Positions 50,701 through 63,430 of a DNA stretch of 64,000 nucleotides are shown here, in pieces. A program made the translations under genes and the position numbers. The first letter of the stretch is position 1. Every line of letters begins with the position of its first letter. Source of the DNA: the human T2T-CHM13v2.0 reference genome, Homo sapiens; NCBI RefSeq assembly GCF_009914755.1, contig NC_060926.1. One strand, written 5' to 3'. Under the pieces are notes generated by a model. The model searched no databases and was not told where the DNA came from. It saw nothing but the letters and a program-made list of their open reading frames with translations.

Positions 50701-53618
50701 TTCAGGCCTATGGTGAAAAAGGAAATATCTTCCAATAAAAGCTACATAGAAGCAATGTCAGAAACTTTTTCATGATGTATCTACTCAGCTAACAGAGTTG
50801 AACCTTTCTTTTGAGAGAGCAGTTTTGAAACACTCTTTTTGTAAAATCTGCAAGAGGATATTTGGATAGCTTTGAGGATTTCGTTGGAAACGGGATTGTC
50901 TTCATATAAACTCTAGACAGAAGCATTCTCAGAAGCGTCATTGGGATGTTTCAATTGAAGTCACAGTGTTGAACAGTCCCTTTCATAGAGCAGGTTTGAA
51001 ACACTCTTTTTGTAGTATCTGGATGTGGACATTTGGAGCGCTTTCAGGCCTATGGTTTAAAAGGAAATATCTTCCCCTGAAAACTAGACAGAAGCATTCT
51101 CAGAAACTTATTTGTGATGTGCGCCCTCAACTAACAGTGTTGAACCTTTCTTTTGATAGAGCAGTTTTGAAACACTCTTTTTGTAATATCTGCAAGAGGA
51201 TATTTGGATAGCTTTGAGGATTTCGTTGGAAACGGGATTACATATAAAAAGCAGACAGCAGCATTCCCAGAAACTTCTTTGTGATGTTTGCATTCAAGTC
51301 ACAGAGTTGAACATTCCCTTTCATAGAGCAGGTTTGAAACACTCTTTTTGTAGTATCTGGATGTGGACATTTGCAGCGCTTTCAGGCCTAAGGTGAAAAA
51401 GGAAATATCTTCCCCTGAAAACTAGACAGAAGCATTCTCAGAAACTTATTTGTGATGTGCGCCCTCAACTAACAGTGTTGAACCTTTCTTTTGATAGAGC
51501 AGTTTTGAAACACTCTTTTTGTAATATCTGCAAGAGGATATTTGGATAGCTTTGAGGATTTCGTTGGAAACGGGATTGTCTTCATATAAACTCTAGACAG
51601 AAGCATTCTCAGAAGCTTCATTGGGATGTTTCAATTGAAGTCACAGTGTTGAACAGTCCCTTTCATAGAGCAGGTTTGAAACACTCTTTTTGTAGTATCT
51701 GGATGTGGACATTTGGAGCGCTTTCAGGCCTATGGTTTAAAAGGAAATATCTTCCCCTGAAAACTAGACAGAAGCATTCTCAGAAACTTATTTGTGATGT
51801 GCGCCCTCAACTAACAGTGTTGAAGCATTCTTTTGATAGAGCAGTTTTGAAACACTCTTTTTGTGGAATCTGCAAGTGGATATTTGTCTAGCTTTGAGGA
51901 TTTCGTTGGAAACGGGATTAATTATAAAAAGCAGACAGCAGCATTCCCAGAATCTTGTTTGTGATGTTTGCATTCAAGTCACAGAGTTGAACATTCCCTT
52001 TCAGAGAGCAGGTTTGAAACACTCTTTTTATAGTATCTGGATGTGGACATTTGGAGCGCTTTCAGGCCTATGATGAAAAAGGAAATATCTTCTCCTGAAA
52101 ACTAGACAGAAGCATTCTCAGAATCTTATTTGTGATGTGCGCCCTCAACTAACAGTGTTGAAGCTTTCTTTTGATAGAGCAGTTTTGAAACACTCTTTTC
52201 GTAAAATCTGCAAGAGGATATTTGGATAGCTTTGAGGATTTCGTTGGAAACGGGATTGTCTTCATATAAACTCTAGACAGAAGCATTCTCAGAAGCTTCA
52301 TTGGGATGTTTCAATTGAAGTCACAGTGTTGAACAGTCCCTTTCATAGAGCAGGTTTGAAACACTCTTTTTGTAGTATCTGGAAGTGGACATTTGGAGAG
52401 ATCTCAGGAATACGGTGATAAAGGTAATATCTTCCAATAAAAGCTAGATAGAAGCAATGTCAGAAACTTTTTCATGATGTATCTACTCAGCTAACAGAGT
52501 TGAACCTTTCTTTTGAGAGAGCAGTTTTGAAACACTCTTTTTGTGGAATCTGCAAGTGGATATTTGTCTAGCTTTGAGGATTTCGTTGGAAACGGGATTA
52601 CATATAAAAAGCAGACAGCAGCATTCCCAGTAACTTCTTTGTGATGTTTGCATTCAAGTCACAGAGTTGAACATTCCCTTTCATAGAGCAGGTTTGAAAC
52701 ACTCTTTTTGTAGTATCTGGATGTGGACATTTGCAGCGCTTTCAGGCCTAAGGTGAAAAAGGAAATATCTTCCCCTGAAAACTAGACAGAAGCATTCTCA
52801 GAAACTTATTTGTGATGTGCGCCCTCAACTAACAGTGTTGAAGCTTTCTTTTGATAGAGCAGTTTTGAAACACTCTTTTTGTAATATCTGCAAGAGGATA
52901 TTTGGATAGCTTTGAGGATTTCGTTGGAAACGGGATTGTCTTCATATAAACTCTAGACAGAAGCATTCTCAGAAGCTTCGTTGGGATGTTTCAATTGAAG
53001 TCACAGTGTTGAACAGTTCCTTTCATAGAACAGGTTTGAAACACTCTTTTTGTAGTATCTGGAAGTGGACATTTGGAGCGCTCTCAGGACTGCGGTGAAA
53101 AAGGATATATCTTCCAATAAAAGCTAGATAGAAGCAATGTCAGAAACTTTTTCATGATGTATCTACTCAGCTAACAGAGTTGAACCTTTCCTTTCAGAGA
53201 GCAGTTTTGAAACACTCTTTTTGTGGAATCTGCAAGTGGATATTTGTCTAGCTTTGAGGATTTCGTTGGAAACGGGATTACATATAAAAAGCAGACAGCA
53301 GCATTCCCAGAAACTTCTTTGTGATGTTTGCATTCACGTCACAGAGTTGAACATTCCCTTTCATAGAGCAGGTTTGAAACACTCTTTTTGTAGTATCTGG
53401 ATGTGGACATTTGGAGCGCTTTCAGGCCTATGGTGAAAAAGGAAATATCTTCCCCTGAAAACTAGACAGAAGCATTCTCAGAAACTTATTTGTGATGTGC
53501 GCCCTCAACTAACAGTGTTGAACCTTTCTTTTGATAGAGCAGTTTTGAAACACTCTTTTTGTAATATCTGCAAGAGGATATTTGGATAGCTTTGAGGATT
53601 TCGTTGGAAACGGGATTA
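41797..53618 (+). repeat. Tandem duplication of a 5778-bp (34-monomer) unit, 2 copies
   Basis: Variant GATAGAGCAGATTTG at 42667 and 48445, and CTTCGTTGGG at 47198 and 52976. ORF pairs 42468/48246, 43828/49606, 45188/50966 and 47443/53221 are all +5778. Confidence 0.92.
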
Positions 53619-56600
53619 ATTATAAAAAGCAGACAGCAGCATTCCCAGAATCTTGTTTGTGATGTTTGCATTCAAGTCACAGAGTTGAACATTCCCTTTC
53701 AGAGAGCAGGTTTGAAACACTCTTTTTATAGTATCTGGATGTGGACATTTGGAGCGCTTTCAGGCCTATGGTGAAAAAGGAAATATCTTCTCCTGAAAAC
53801 TAGACAGAAGCTTTCTCAGAATCTTATTTGTGATGTGCGCCCTCAACTAACAGTGTTGAAGCTTTCTTTTGATAGAGCAGTTTTGAAACACTCTTTTCGT
53901 AAAATCTGCAAGAGGATATTTTGATAGCTTTGAGGATTTCGTTGGAAACGGGATTGTCTTCATATAAACTCTAGACAGAAGCATTCTCAGAAGCTTCATT
54001 GGGATGTTTCAATTGAAGTCACAGTGTTGAACAGTCCCTTTCATAGAGCAGGTTTGAAACACTCTTTTTGTAGTATCTGGAAGTGGACATTTGGAGAGAT
54101 CTCAGGAATAAGGTGATAAAGGAAATATCTTCCAATAAAAGCTAGATAGAAGCAATGTCAGAAACTTTTTCATGATGTATCTACTCAGCTAACAGAGTTG
54201 AACGTTTCTTTTGAGAGAGCAGTTTTGAAACACTCTTTTTGTGGAATCTGCAAGTGGATATTTGTCTAGCTTTGAGGATTTCGTTGGAAACGGGATTACA
54301 TATAAAAAGCAGACAGCAGCATTCCCAGTAACTTCTTTGTGATGTTTGCATTCAAGTCACAGAGTTGAACATTCCCTTTCATAGAGCAGGTTTGAAACAC
54401 TTTTTTTGTAGTATCTGGATGTGGACATTTGGAGCGCTTTCAGGCCTATGGTGAAAAAGGAAATATCTTCCAATAAAAGCTACATAGAAGCAATGTCAGA
54501 AACTTTTTCATGATGTATCTACTCAGCTAACAGAGTTGAACCTTTCTTTTGAGAGAGCAGTTTTGAAACACTCTTTTTGTGGAATCTGGAAGTGGATATT
54601 TGTCTAGCTTTGAGGATTTCGTTGGAAACGGGATTACATATAAAAAGCAGACAGCAGCATTCCCAGTAACTTCTTTGTGATGTTTGCATTCAAGTCACAG
54701 AGTTGAACATTCCCTTTCATAGAGCAGGTTTGAAACACTCTTTTTGTAGTATCTGGATGTGGACATTTGGAGCGCTTTCAGGCCTATGGTTTAAAAGGAA
54801 GTATCTTCCCCTGAAAACTAGACAGAAGCATTCTCAGAAACTTATTTGTGATGTGCGCCTTCAACTAACAGTGTTGAAGCATTCTTTTGATAGAGCAGTT
54901 TTGAAACACTCTTTTTGTGGAATCTGCAAGTGGATATTTGTCTAGCTTTGAGGATTTCGTTGGAAACGGGATTACATATAAAAAGCAGACAGCAGCATTC
55001 CCAGAAACTTCTTTGTGATGTTTGCATTCAAGTCACAGAGTTGAACATTCCCTTTCAGAGAGCAGGTCTGAAACACTCTTTTTGTAGTATCTGGATGTGG
55101 ACATTTGGAGCGCTTTCAGGCCTATGGTGAAAAAGGAAATATCTTCCCCTGAAAACTAGACAGAAGCATTCTCAGAATCTTATTTGTGATGTGCGCCCTC
55201 AACTAACAGTGTTGAAGCTTTCTTTTGATAGAGCAGTTTTGAAACACTCTTTTTGTAAAATCTGCAAGAGGATATTTGGATAGCTTTGAGGATTTCGTTG
55301 GAAACGGGATTGTCTTCATATAAACTCTAGACAGAAGCATTCTCAGAAGCTTCATTGGGATGTTTCAATTGAAGTCACAGTGTTGAACAGTCCCTTTCAT
55401 AGAGCAGGTTTGAAACACTCTTTTTGTAGTATCTGGAAGTGGACATTTGGAGCGCTCTCAGGACTGCGGTGAAAAAGGAACTATCTTCCAATAAAAGCTA
55501 GATAGAAGCAATGTCAGAAACTTTTTCATGATGTATCTACTCAGCTAACAGAGTTGAACTGAACCTTCCTTTGAGAGAGCAGTTTTGAAACACTCTTTTT
55601 GTGGAATCTGCAAGTGGATATTTGTCTAGCTTTGAGGATTTCGTTGGAAACGGGATTGTCTTCATATAAACTCTAGACAGAAGCATTCTCAGAAGCTTCA
55701 TTGGGATGTTACAATTGAAGTCACAGTGTTGAACAGTTCCTTTCATAGAACAGGTTTGAAACACTCTTTTTGTAGTATCTGGAAGTGGACATTTGGAGCG
55801 CTCTCAGGACTACGGTGAAAAAGGAAATATCTTCCAATAAAAGCTACATAGAAGCAATGTCAGAAACTTTTTCATGATGTATCTACTCAGCTAACAGAGT
55901 TGAACCTTTCCTTTGAGAGAGCAGTTTTGAAACACTCTTTTTGTGGAATCTGCAAGTGGATATTTGTCTAGCTTTGAGGATTTCGTTGGAAACGGGATTA
56001 CATATAAAAAGCAGACAGCAGCATTCCCAGAATCTTCTTTGTGATGTTTGCATTCAAGTCACAGAGTTGAACATTCCCTTTCATAGAGCAGGTTTGAAAC
56101 ACTCTTTTTGTAGTATCTGGATGTGGACATTTGGAGCGCTTTCAGGCCTATGGTGAAAAAGGAAATATCTTCCCCTGAAAACTAGACAGAAGCATTCTCA
56201 GAATCTTATTTGTGATGTGCGCCCTCAACTAACAGTGTTGAAGCTTTCTTTTGATAGAGCAGTTTTGAAACACTCTTTTTGTAAAATCTGCAAGAGGATA
56301 TTTGGATAGCTTTGAGGATTTCGTTGGAAACGGGATTGTCTTCATATAAACTCTAGACAGAAGCATTCTCAGAAGCTTCATTGGGATGTTTCAATTGAAG
56401 TCACAGTGTTGAACAGTCCCTTTCATAGAGCAGGTTTGAAACACTCTTTTTGTAGTATCTGGAAGTGGACATTTGGAGCGCTCTCAGGACTGCGGTGAAA
56501 AAGGAACTATCTTCCAATAAAAGCTAGATAGAAGCAATGTCAGAAACTTTTTCATGATGTATCTACTCAGCTAACAGAGTTGAACCTTCCTTTGAGAGAG

Positions 56601-59600
56601 CAGTTTTGAAACACTCTTTTCGTGGAATCTGCAAGTGGATATTTGTCTAGCTTTGAGGATTTCGTTGGAAACGGGATTACATATAAAAAGCAGACAGCAG
56701 CATTCCCAGAAACTTCTTTGTGATGTTTGCATTCAAGTCACAGAGTTGAACATTCCCTTTCATAGAGCAGGTTTGAAACACTCTTTTTGTAGTATCTGGA
56801 TGTGGACATTTGCAGCGCTTTCAGGCCTAAGGTGAAAAAGGAAATATCTTCCCCTGAAAACTAGACAGAAGCATTCTCAGAAACTTATTTGTGATGTGCG
56901 CCCTCAACTAACAGTGTTGAAGCTTTCTTTTGATAGAGCAGTTTTGAAACACTCTTTTTGTAATATCTGCAAGAGGATATTTGGATAGCTTTGAGGATTT
57001 CGTTGGAAACGGGATTGTCTTCATATAAACTCTAGACAGAAGCATTCTCAGAAGCTTCATTGGGATGTTTCAATTGAAGTCACAGTGTTGAACAGTTCCT
57101 TTCATAGAACAGGTTTGAAACACTCTTTTTGTAGTATCTGGAAGTGGACATTTGGAGCGCTCTCAGGACTACGGTGAAAATGGAAATATCTTACAATAAA
57201 AGCTACATAGAAGCAATGTCAGAAACTTTTTCATGATGTATCTACTCAGCTAACAGAGTTGAACCTTTCCTTTGAGAGAGCAGTTTTGAAACACTCTTTT
57301 TGTGGAATCTGCAAGTGGATATTTGTCTAGCTTTGAGGATTTCGTTGGAAACGGGATTACATATAAAAAGCAGACAGCAGCATTCCCAGAATCTTCTTTG
57401 TGATGTTTGCATTCAAGTCACAGAGTTGAACATTCCCTTTCATAGAGCAGGTTTCAAACACTCTTTTTCTAGTATCTGGATGTGGACATTTGGAGCGCTT
57501 TCAGGCCTATGGTGAAAAAGGAAATATCTTCCCCTGAAAACTAGACAGAAGCATTCTCAGAATCTTATTTGTGATGTGCGCCCTCAACTAACAGTGTTGA
57601 AGCTTTCTTTTGATAGAGCAGTTTTGAAACACTCTTTTTGTAAAATCTGCAAGAGGATATTTGGATAGCTTTGAGGATTTCGTTGGAAACGGGATTGTCT
57701 TCATATAAACTCTAGACAGAAGCATTCTCAGAAGCTTCATTGGGATGTTTCAATTGAAGTCACAGTGTTGAACAGTCCCTTTCATAGAGCAGATTTGAAA
57801 CACTCTTTTTGTAGTATCTGGAAGTGGACATTTGGAACGCTCTCAGGACTGCGGTGAAAAAGGAAATATCTTCCAATAAAAGCTAGATAGAAGCAATGTC
57901 AGAAACTTTTTCATGATGTATCTACTCAGCTAACAGAGTTGAACCTTTCTTTTGAGAGAGCAGTTTTGAAACACTCGTTTTGTGGAATCTGCAAGTGGAT
58001 ATTTGTCTACCTTTGAGGATTTCGTTGGAAACGGGATTACATATAAAAAGCAGACAGCAGCATTCCCAGAAACTTCTTTGTGATGTTTGCATTCAAGTCA
58101 CAGAGTTGAACATTCCCTTTCATAGAGCAGGTTTGAAACACTCTTTTTGTAGTATCTGGATGTGGACATTTGCAGCGCTTTCAGGCCTAAGGTGAAAAAG
58201 GAAATATCTTCCCCTGAAAACTAGACAGAAGCATTCTAAGAAACTTATTTGTGATGTGCGCCCTCAACTAACAGTGTTGAAGCTTTCTTTTGATAGAGCA
58301 GTTTTGAAACACTCTTTTTGTAATATCTGCAAGAGGATATTTGGATAGCTTTGAGGATTTCGTTGGAAACGGGATTGTCTTCATATAAACTCTAGACAGA
58401 AGCATTCTCAGAAGCTTCATTGGGATGTTTCAATTGAAGTCACAGTGTTGAACAGTCCCTTTCATAGAGCAGGTTTGAAACACTCTTTTTGTAGTATCTG
58501 GAAGTGGACATTTGGAACGCTCTCAGGACTGCGGTGAAAAAGGAAATATCTTCCAATAAAAGCTAGATAGAAGCAATGTCAGAAACTTTTTCATGATGTA
58601 TCTACTCAGCTAACAGAGTTGAACCTTTCTTTTGAGAGAGCAGTTTTGAAACACTCTTTTTGTGGAATCTGCAAGTGGATATTTGTCTAGATTTGAGGAT
58701 TTCGTTGGAAACGGGATTACATATAAAAAGCAGACAGCAGCATTCCCAGTAACTTCTTTGTGATGTTTGCATTCAAGTCACAGAGTTGAACATTCCCTTT
58801 CATAGAGCAGGTTTGAAACACTTTTTTTGTAGTATCTGGATGTGGACATTTGGAGCGCTTTCAGGCCTATGGTGAAAAAGGAAATATCTTCCAATAAAAG
58901 CTACATAAAAGCAATGTCAGAAACTTTTTCATGATGTATCTACTCAGCTAACAGAGTTGAACCTTTCTTTTGAGAGAGCAGTTTTGAAACACTCTTTTTG
59001 TGGAATCTGGAAGTGGATATTTGTCTAGTTTTGAGGATTTCGTTGGAAACGGGATTACATATAAAAAGCAGACAGCAGCATTCCCAGTAACTTCTTTGTG
59101 ATGTTTGCATTCAAGTCACAGAGTTGAACATTCCCTTTCATAGAGCAGGTTTGAAACACTCTTTTTGTAGTATCTGGATGTGGACATTTGGAGTGCTTTC
59201 AGGCCTATTGTGAAAAAGGAAATATCTTCCCCTGAAAACTAGACAGAAGAATTCTCAGAATCTTATTTGTGATGTGCGCCCTCAACTAACAGTGTTGAAG
59301 CTTTCTTTTGATAGAGCAGTTTTGAAACACTCTTTTTGTAAAATCTGCAAGAGGATATTTGGATAGCTTTGAGGATTTCGTTGGAAACGGGATTGTCTTC
59401 ATATAAACTCTACACAGAAGCATTCTCAGAAGCGTCATTGGGATGTTTCAATTGAAGTCACAGTGTTGAACAGTCCCTTTCACAGAGCAGGTTTGAAACA
59501 CTCTTTTTCTAGTATCTGGATGTGGACATTTGGAGCGCTTTCAGGCCTATGGTTTAAAAGGAAATATCTTCCCCTGAAAACTAGACAGAAGCATTCTCAG

Positions 59601-60354
59601 AAACTTATTTGTGATGTGCGCCTTCAACTAACAGTGTTGAAGCATTCTTTTGATAGAGCAGTTTTGAAACACTCTTTTTGTGGAATCTGCAAGTGGATAT
59701 TTGTCTAGCTTTGAGGATTTCGTTGGAAACGGGATTACATATAAAAAGCAGACAGCAGCATTCCCAGAAACTTCTTTGTGATGTTTGCATTCAAGTCACA
59801 GAGTTGAACATTCCCTTTCAGAGAGCAGGTTTGAAACACTCTTTTTGTAGTATCTGGATGTGGACATTTGGAGCGCTTTCAGGCCTATGGTGAAAAAGGA
59901 AATATCTTCCCCTGAAAACTAGACAGAAGCATTCTCAGAATCTTATTTGTGATGTGCGCCCTCAACTAACAGTGTTGAAGCTTTCTTTTGATAGAGCAGT
60001 TTTGAAACACTCTTTTTGTAAAATCTGCTAGAGGATATTTGGATAGCTTTGAGGATTTCGTTGGAAACGGGATTGTCTTCATATATACTCTAGACAGAAG
60101 CATTCTCAGAAGCTTCATTGGGATGTTTCAATTGAAGTCACAGTGTTGAACAGTCCCTTTCATAGAGCAGGTTTGAAACACTCTTTTTGTAGTATCTGGA
60201 AGTGGACATTTGGAGCGCTCTCAGGACTGCGGTGAAAAAGGAAATATCTTCCAATAAAAGCTAGATAGAAGCAATGTCAGAAACTTTTTCATGATGTATC
60301 TACTCAGCTAACAGAGTTGAACCTTCCTTTGAGAGAGCAGTTTTGAAACACTCT

Positions 60355-63300
60355 TTTTGTGGAATCTGCAAGTGGATATTTGTCTAGCTTTGAGGATTTC
60401 GTTGGAAACGGGATTGTCTTCATATAAACTCTAGACAGAAGCATTCTCAGAAGCTTCATTGGGATGTTTCAATTGAAGTCACAGTGTTGAACAGTTCCTT
60501 TCATAGAACAGGTTTGAAACACTCTTTTTGTAGTATCTGGAAGTGGACATTTGGAGCGCTCTCAGGACTATGGTGAAAAAGGAAATATCTTCCAATAAAA
60601 GCTACATAGAAGCAATGTCAGAAACTTTTTCATGATGTATCTACTCAGCTAACAGAGTTGAACCTTTCCTTTGAGAGAGCAGTTTTGAAACACTCTTTTT
60701 GTGGAATCTGCAGGTGGATATTTGTCTAGCTTTGAGGATTTCGTTGGAAACGGGATTACATATAAAAAGCAGACAGCAGCATTCCCAGTAACTTCTTTGT
60801 GATGTTTGCATTCAAGTCACAGAGTTGAACATTGCCTTTCATAGAGCAGGTTTCAAACACTCTTTTTGTAGTATCTGGATGTGGACATTTGGAGCGCTTT
60901 CAGGCCTATGGTGAAAAAGGAAATATCTTCCCCTGAAAACTAGACAGAAGCATTCTCAGAATCTTATTTGTGATGTGCGCCCTCAACTAACAGTGTTGAA
61001 GCTTTCTTTTGATAGAGCAGTTTTGAAACACTCTTTTTGTAAAATCTGCAAGAGGATATTTGGATAGCTTTGAGGATTTCGTTGGAAACGGGATTGTCTT
61101 CATATAAACTCTAGACAGAAGCATTCTCAGAAGCTTCATTGGGATGTTTCAATTGAAGTCACAGTGTTGAACAGTCCCTTTCATAAAGCAGGTTTCAAAC
61201 ACTCTTTTTGTAGTATCTGGATGTGGACATTTGGAGCGCTTTCAGGCCTATGGTTTAAAAGGAAATATCTTCCCCTGAAAACTAGACAGAAGCATTCTCA
61301 GAAACTTATTTGTGATGTGCGCCCTCAACTAACAGTGTTGAAGCATTCTTTTGATAGAGCAGTTTTGAAACACTCTTTTTGTGGAATCTGCAAGTGGATA
61401 TTTGTCTAGCTTTGAGGATTTCGTTGGAAACGGGATTACATATGAAAAGCAGACAGCAGCATTCCCAGAAACTTCTTTGTGATGTTTGCATTCAACTCAC
61501 AGAGTTGAACATTCCCTTTCATAGAGCAGGTTTGAAACACTCTTTTTGTAGTATCTGGATGTGGACATTTGGAGCGCTTTCAGGCCTATGGTGAAAAAGG
61601 AAATATCTTCCCCTGAAAACTAGACAGAAGCATTCTCAGAAACTTATTTGTGATGTGCGCCCTCAACTAACAGTGTTGAAGCTTTCTTTTGATAGAGCAG
61701 TTTTGAAACACTCTTTTTGTAATATCTGCAAGAGGATAATTGGATAGCTTTGAGGATTTCGTTGGAAACGGGATTAATTATAAAAAGCAGACAGCAGCAT
61801 TCCCAGAATCTTGTTTGTGATGTTTGCATTCAAGTCACAGAGTTGAACATTCCCTTTCAGAGAGCAGGTTTGAAACACTCTTTTTATAGTATCTGGATGT
61901 GGACATTTGGAGCGCTTTCAGGCCTATGGTGAAAAAGGAAATATCTTCTCCTGAAAACTAGACAGAAGCATTCTCAGAATCTTATTTGTGATGTGCGCCC
62001 TCAACTAACAGTGTTGAAGCTTTCTTTCGATAGAGCAGTTTTGAAACACTCTTTTCGTAAAATCTGCAAGAGGATATTTTGATAGCTTTGAGGATTTCGT
62101 TGGAAACGGGATTGTCTTCATATAAAATCTAGACAGAAGCATTCTCAGAAGCTTCATTGGGATGTTTCAATTGAAGTCACAGTGTTGAACAGTCCCTTTC
62201 ATAGAGCAGGTTTGAAACACTCTTTTTGTAGTATCTGGAAGTGGACATTTGGAGAGATCTCAGGAATACGGTGATAAAGGAAATATCTTCCAATAAAAGC
62301 TAGATAGAAGCAATGTCAGAAACTTTTTCATGATGTATCTACTCAGCTAACAGAGTTGAACCTTTCTTTTGAGAGAGCAGTTTTGAAACACTCTTTTTGT
62401 GGAATCTGCAAGTGGATATTTGTCTAGCTTTGAGGATTTCGTTGGAAACGGGATTACATATAAAAAGCAGACAGCAGCATTCCCAGTAACTTCTTTGTGA
62501 GGTTTGCATTCAAGTGACAGAGTTGAACATTCCCTTTCATAGAGCAGGTTTGAAACACTCTTTTTGTAGTATCTGGATGTGGACATTTGGAGCGCTTTCA
62601 GGCCTATGGTGAAAAAGGAAATATCTTCCAATAAAAGCTACATAGAAGCAATGTCAGAAACTTTTTCATGATGTATCTACTCAGCTAACAGAGTTGAACC
62701 TTTCTTTTGAGAGAGCAGTTTTGAAACACTCTTTTTGTGGAATCTGGAAGTGGATATTTGTCTAGCTTTGAGGATTTCGTTGGAAACGGGATTACATATA
62801 AAAAGCAGACAGCAGCATTCCCAGTAACTTCTTTGTGACGTTTGCATTCAAGTCACAGAGTTGAACATTCCCTTTCATAGAGCAGGTTTGAAACACTCTT
62901 TTTGTAGTATCTGGATGTGGACATTTGGAGCGCTTTCAGGCCTATGGTGAAAAAGGAAATATCTTCCCCTGAAAACTAGACAGAAGAATTCTCAGAATCT
63001 TAATTGTGATGTGCGCCATCAACTAACAGTGTTGAAGCTTTCTTTTGATAGAGCAGTTTTGAAACACTCTTTTTGTAAAATCTGCAAGAGGATATTTGGA
63101 TAGCTTTGAGGATTTCGTTGGAAACGGGATTGTCTTCATATAAACTCTAGACAGAAGCATTCTCAGAAGCGTCATTGGGATGTTTCAATTGAAGTCACAG
63201 TGTTGAACATTCCCTTTCATAGAGCAGGTTTGAAACACTCTTTTTGTAGTATCTGGATGTGGACATTTGGAGCGCTTTCAGGCCTATGGTTTAAAAGGAA

Positions 63301-63430
63301 ATATCTTCCCCTGAAAACTAGACAGAAGCATTCTCAGAAACTTATTTGTGATGTGCGCCCTCAACTAACAGTGTTGAAGCATTCTTTTGATAGAGCAGTT
63401 TTGAAACACTCTTTTTGTGGAATCTGCAAG
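60355..63430 (+). repeat. ~3.08-kb SNP-rich HOR block, copy 3 of 3
   Basis: Same ordered variants, with EcoRI at 62986 (=19142+43844). ORF pairs 17320/61164, 18503/62347 and 19356/63200. Confidence 0.9.

Noticed and set aside
19600-53618. Calling the homogeneous central domain the kinetochore site / centromere dip region
   Set aside because: CENP-A occupancy and hypomethylation are epigenetic and cannot be read from sequence. Young expansions often but not always coincide with them.
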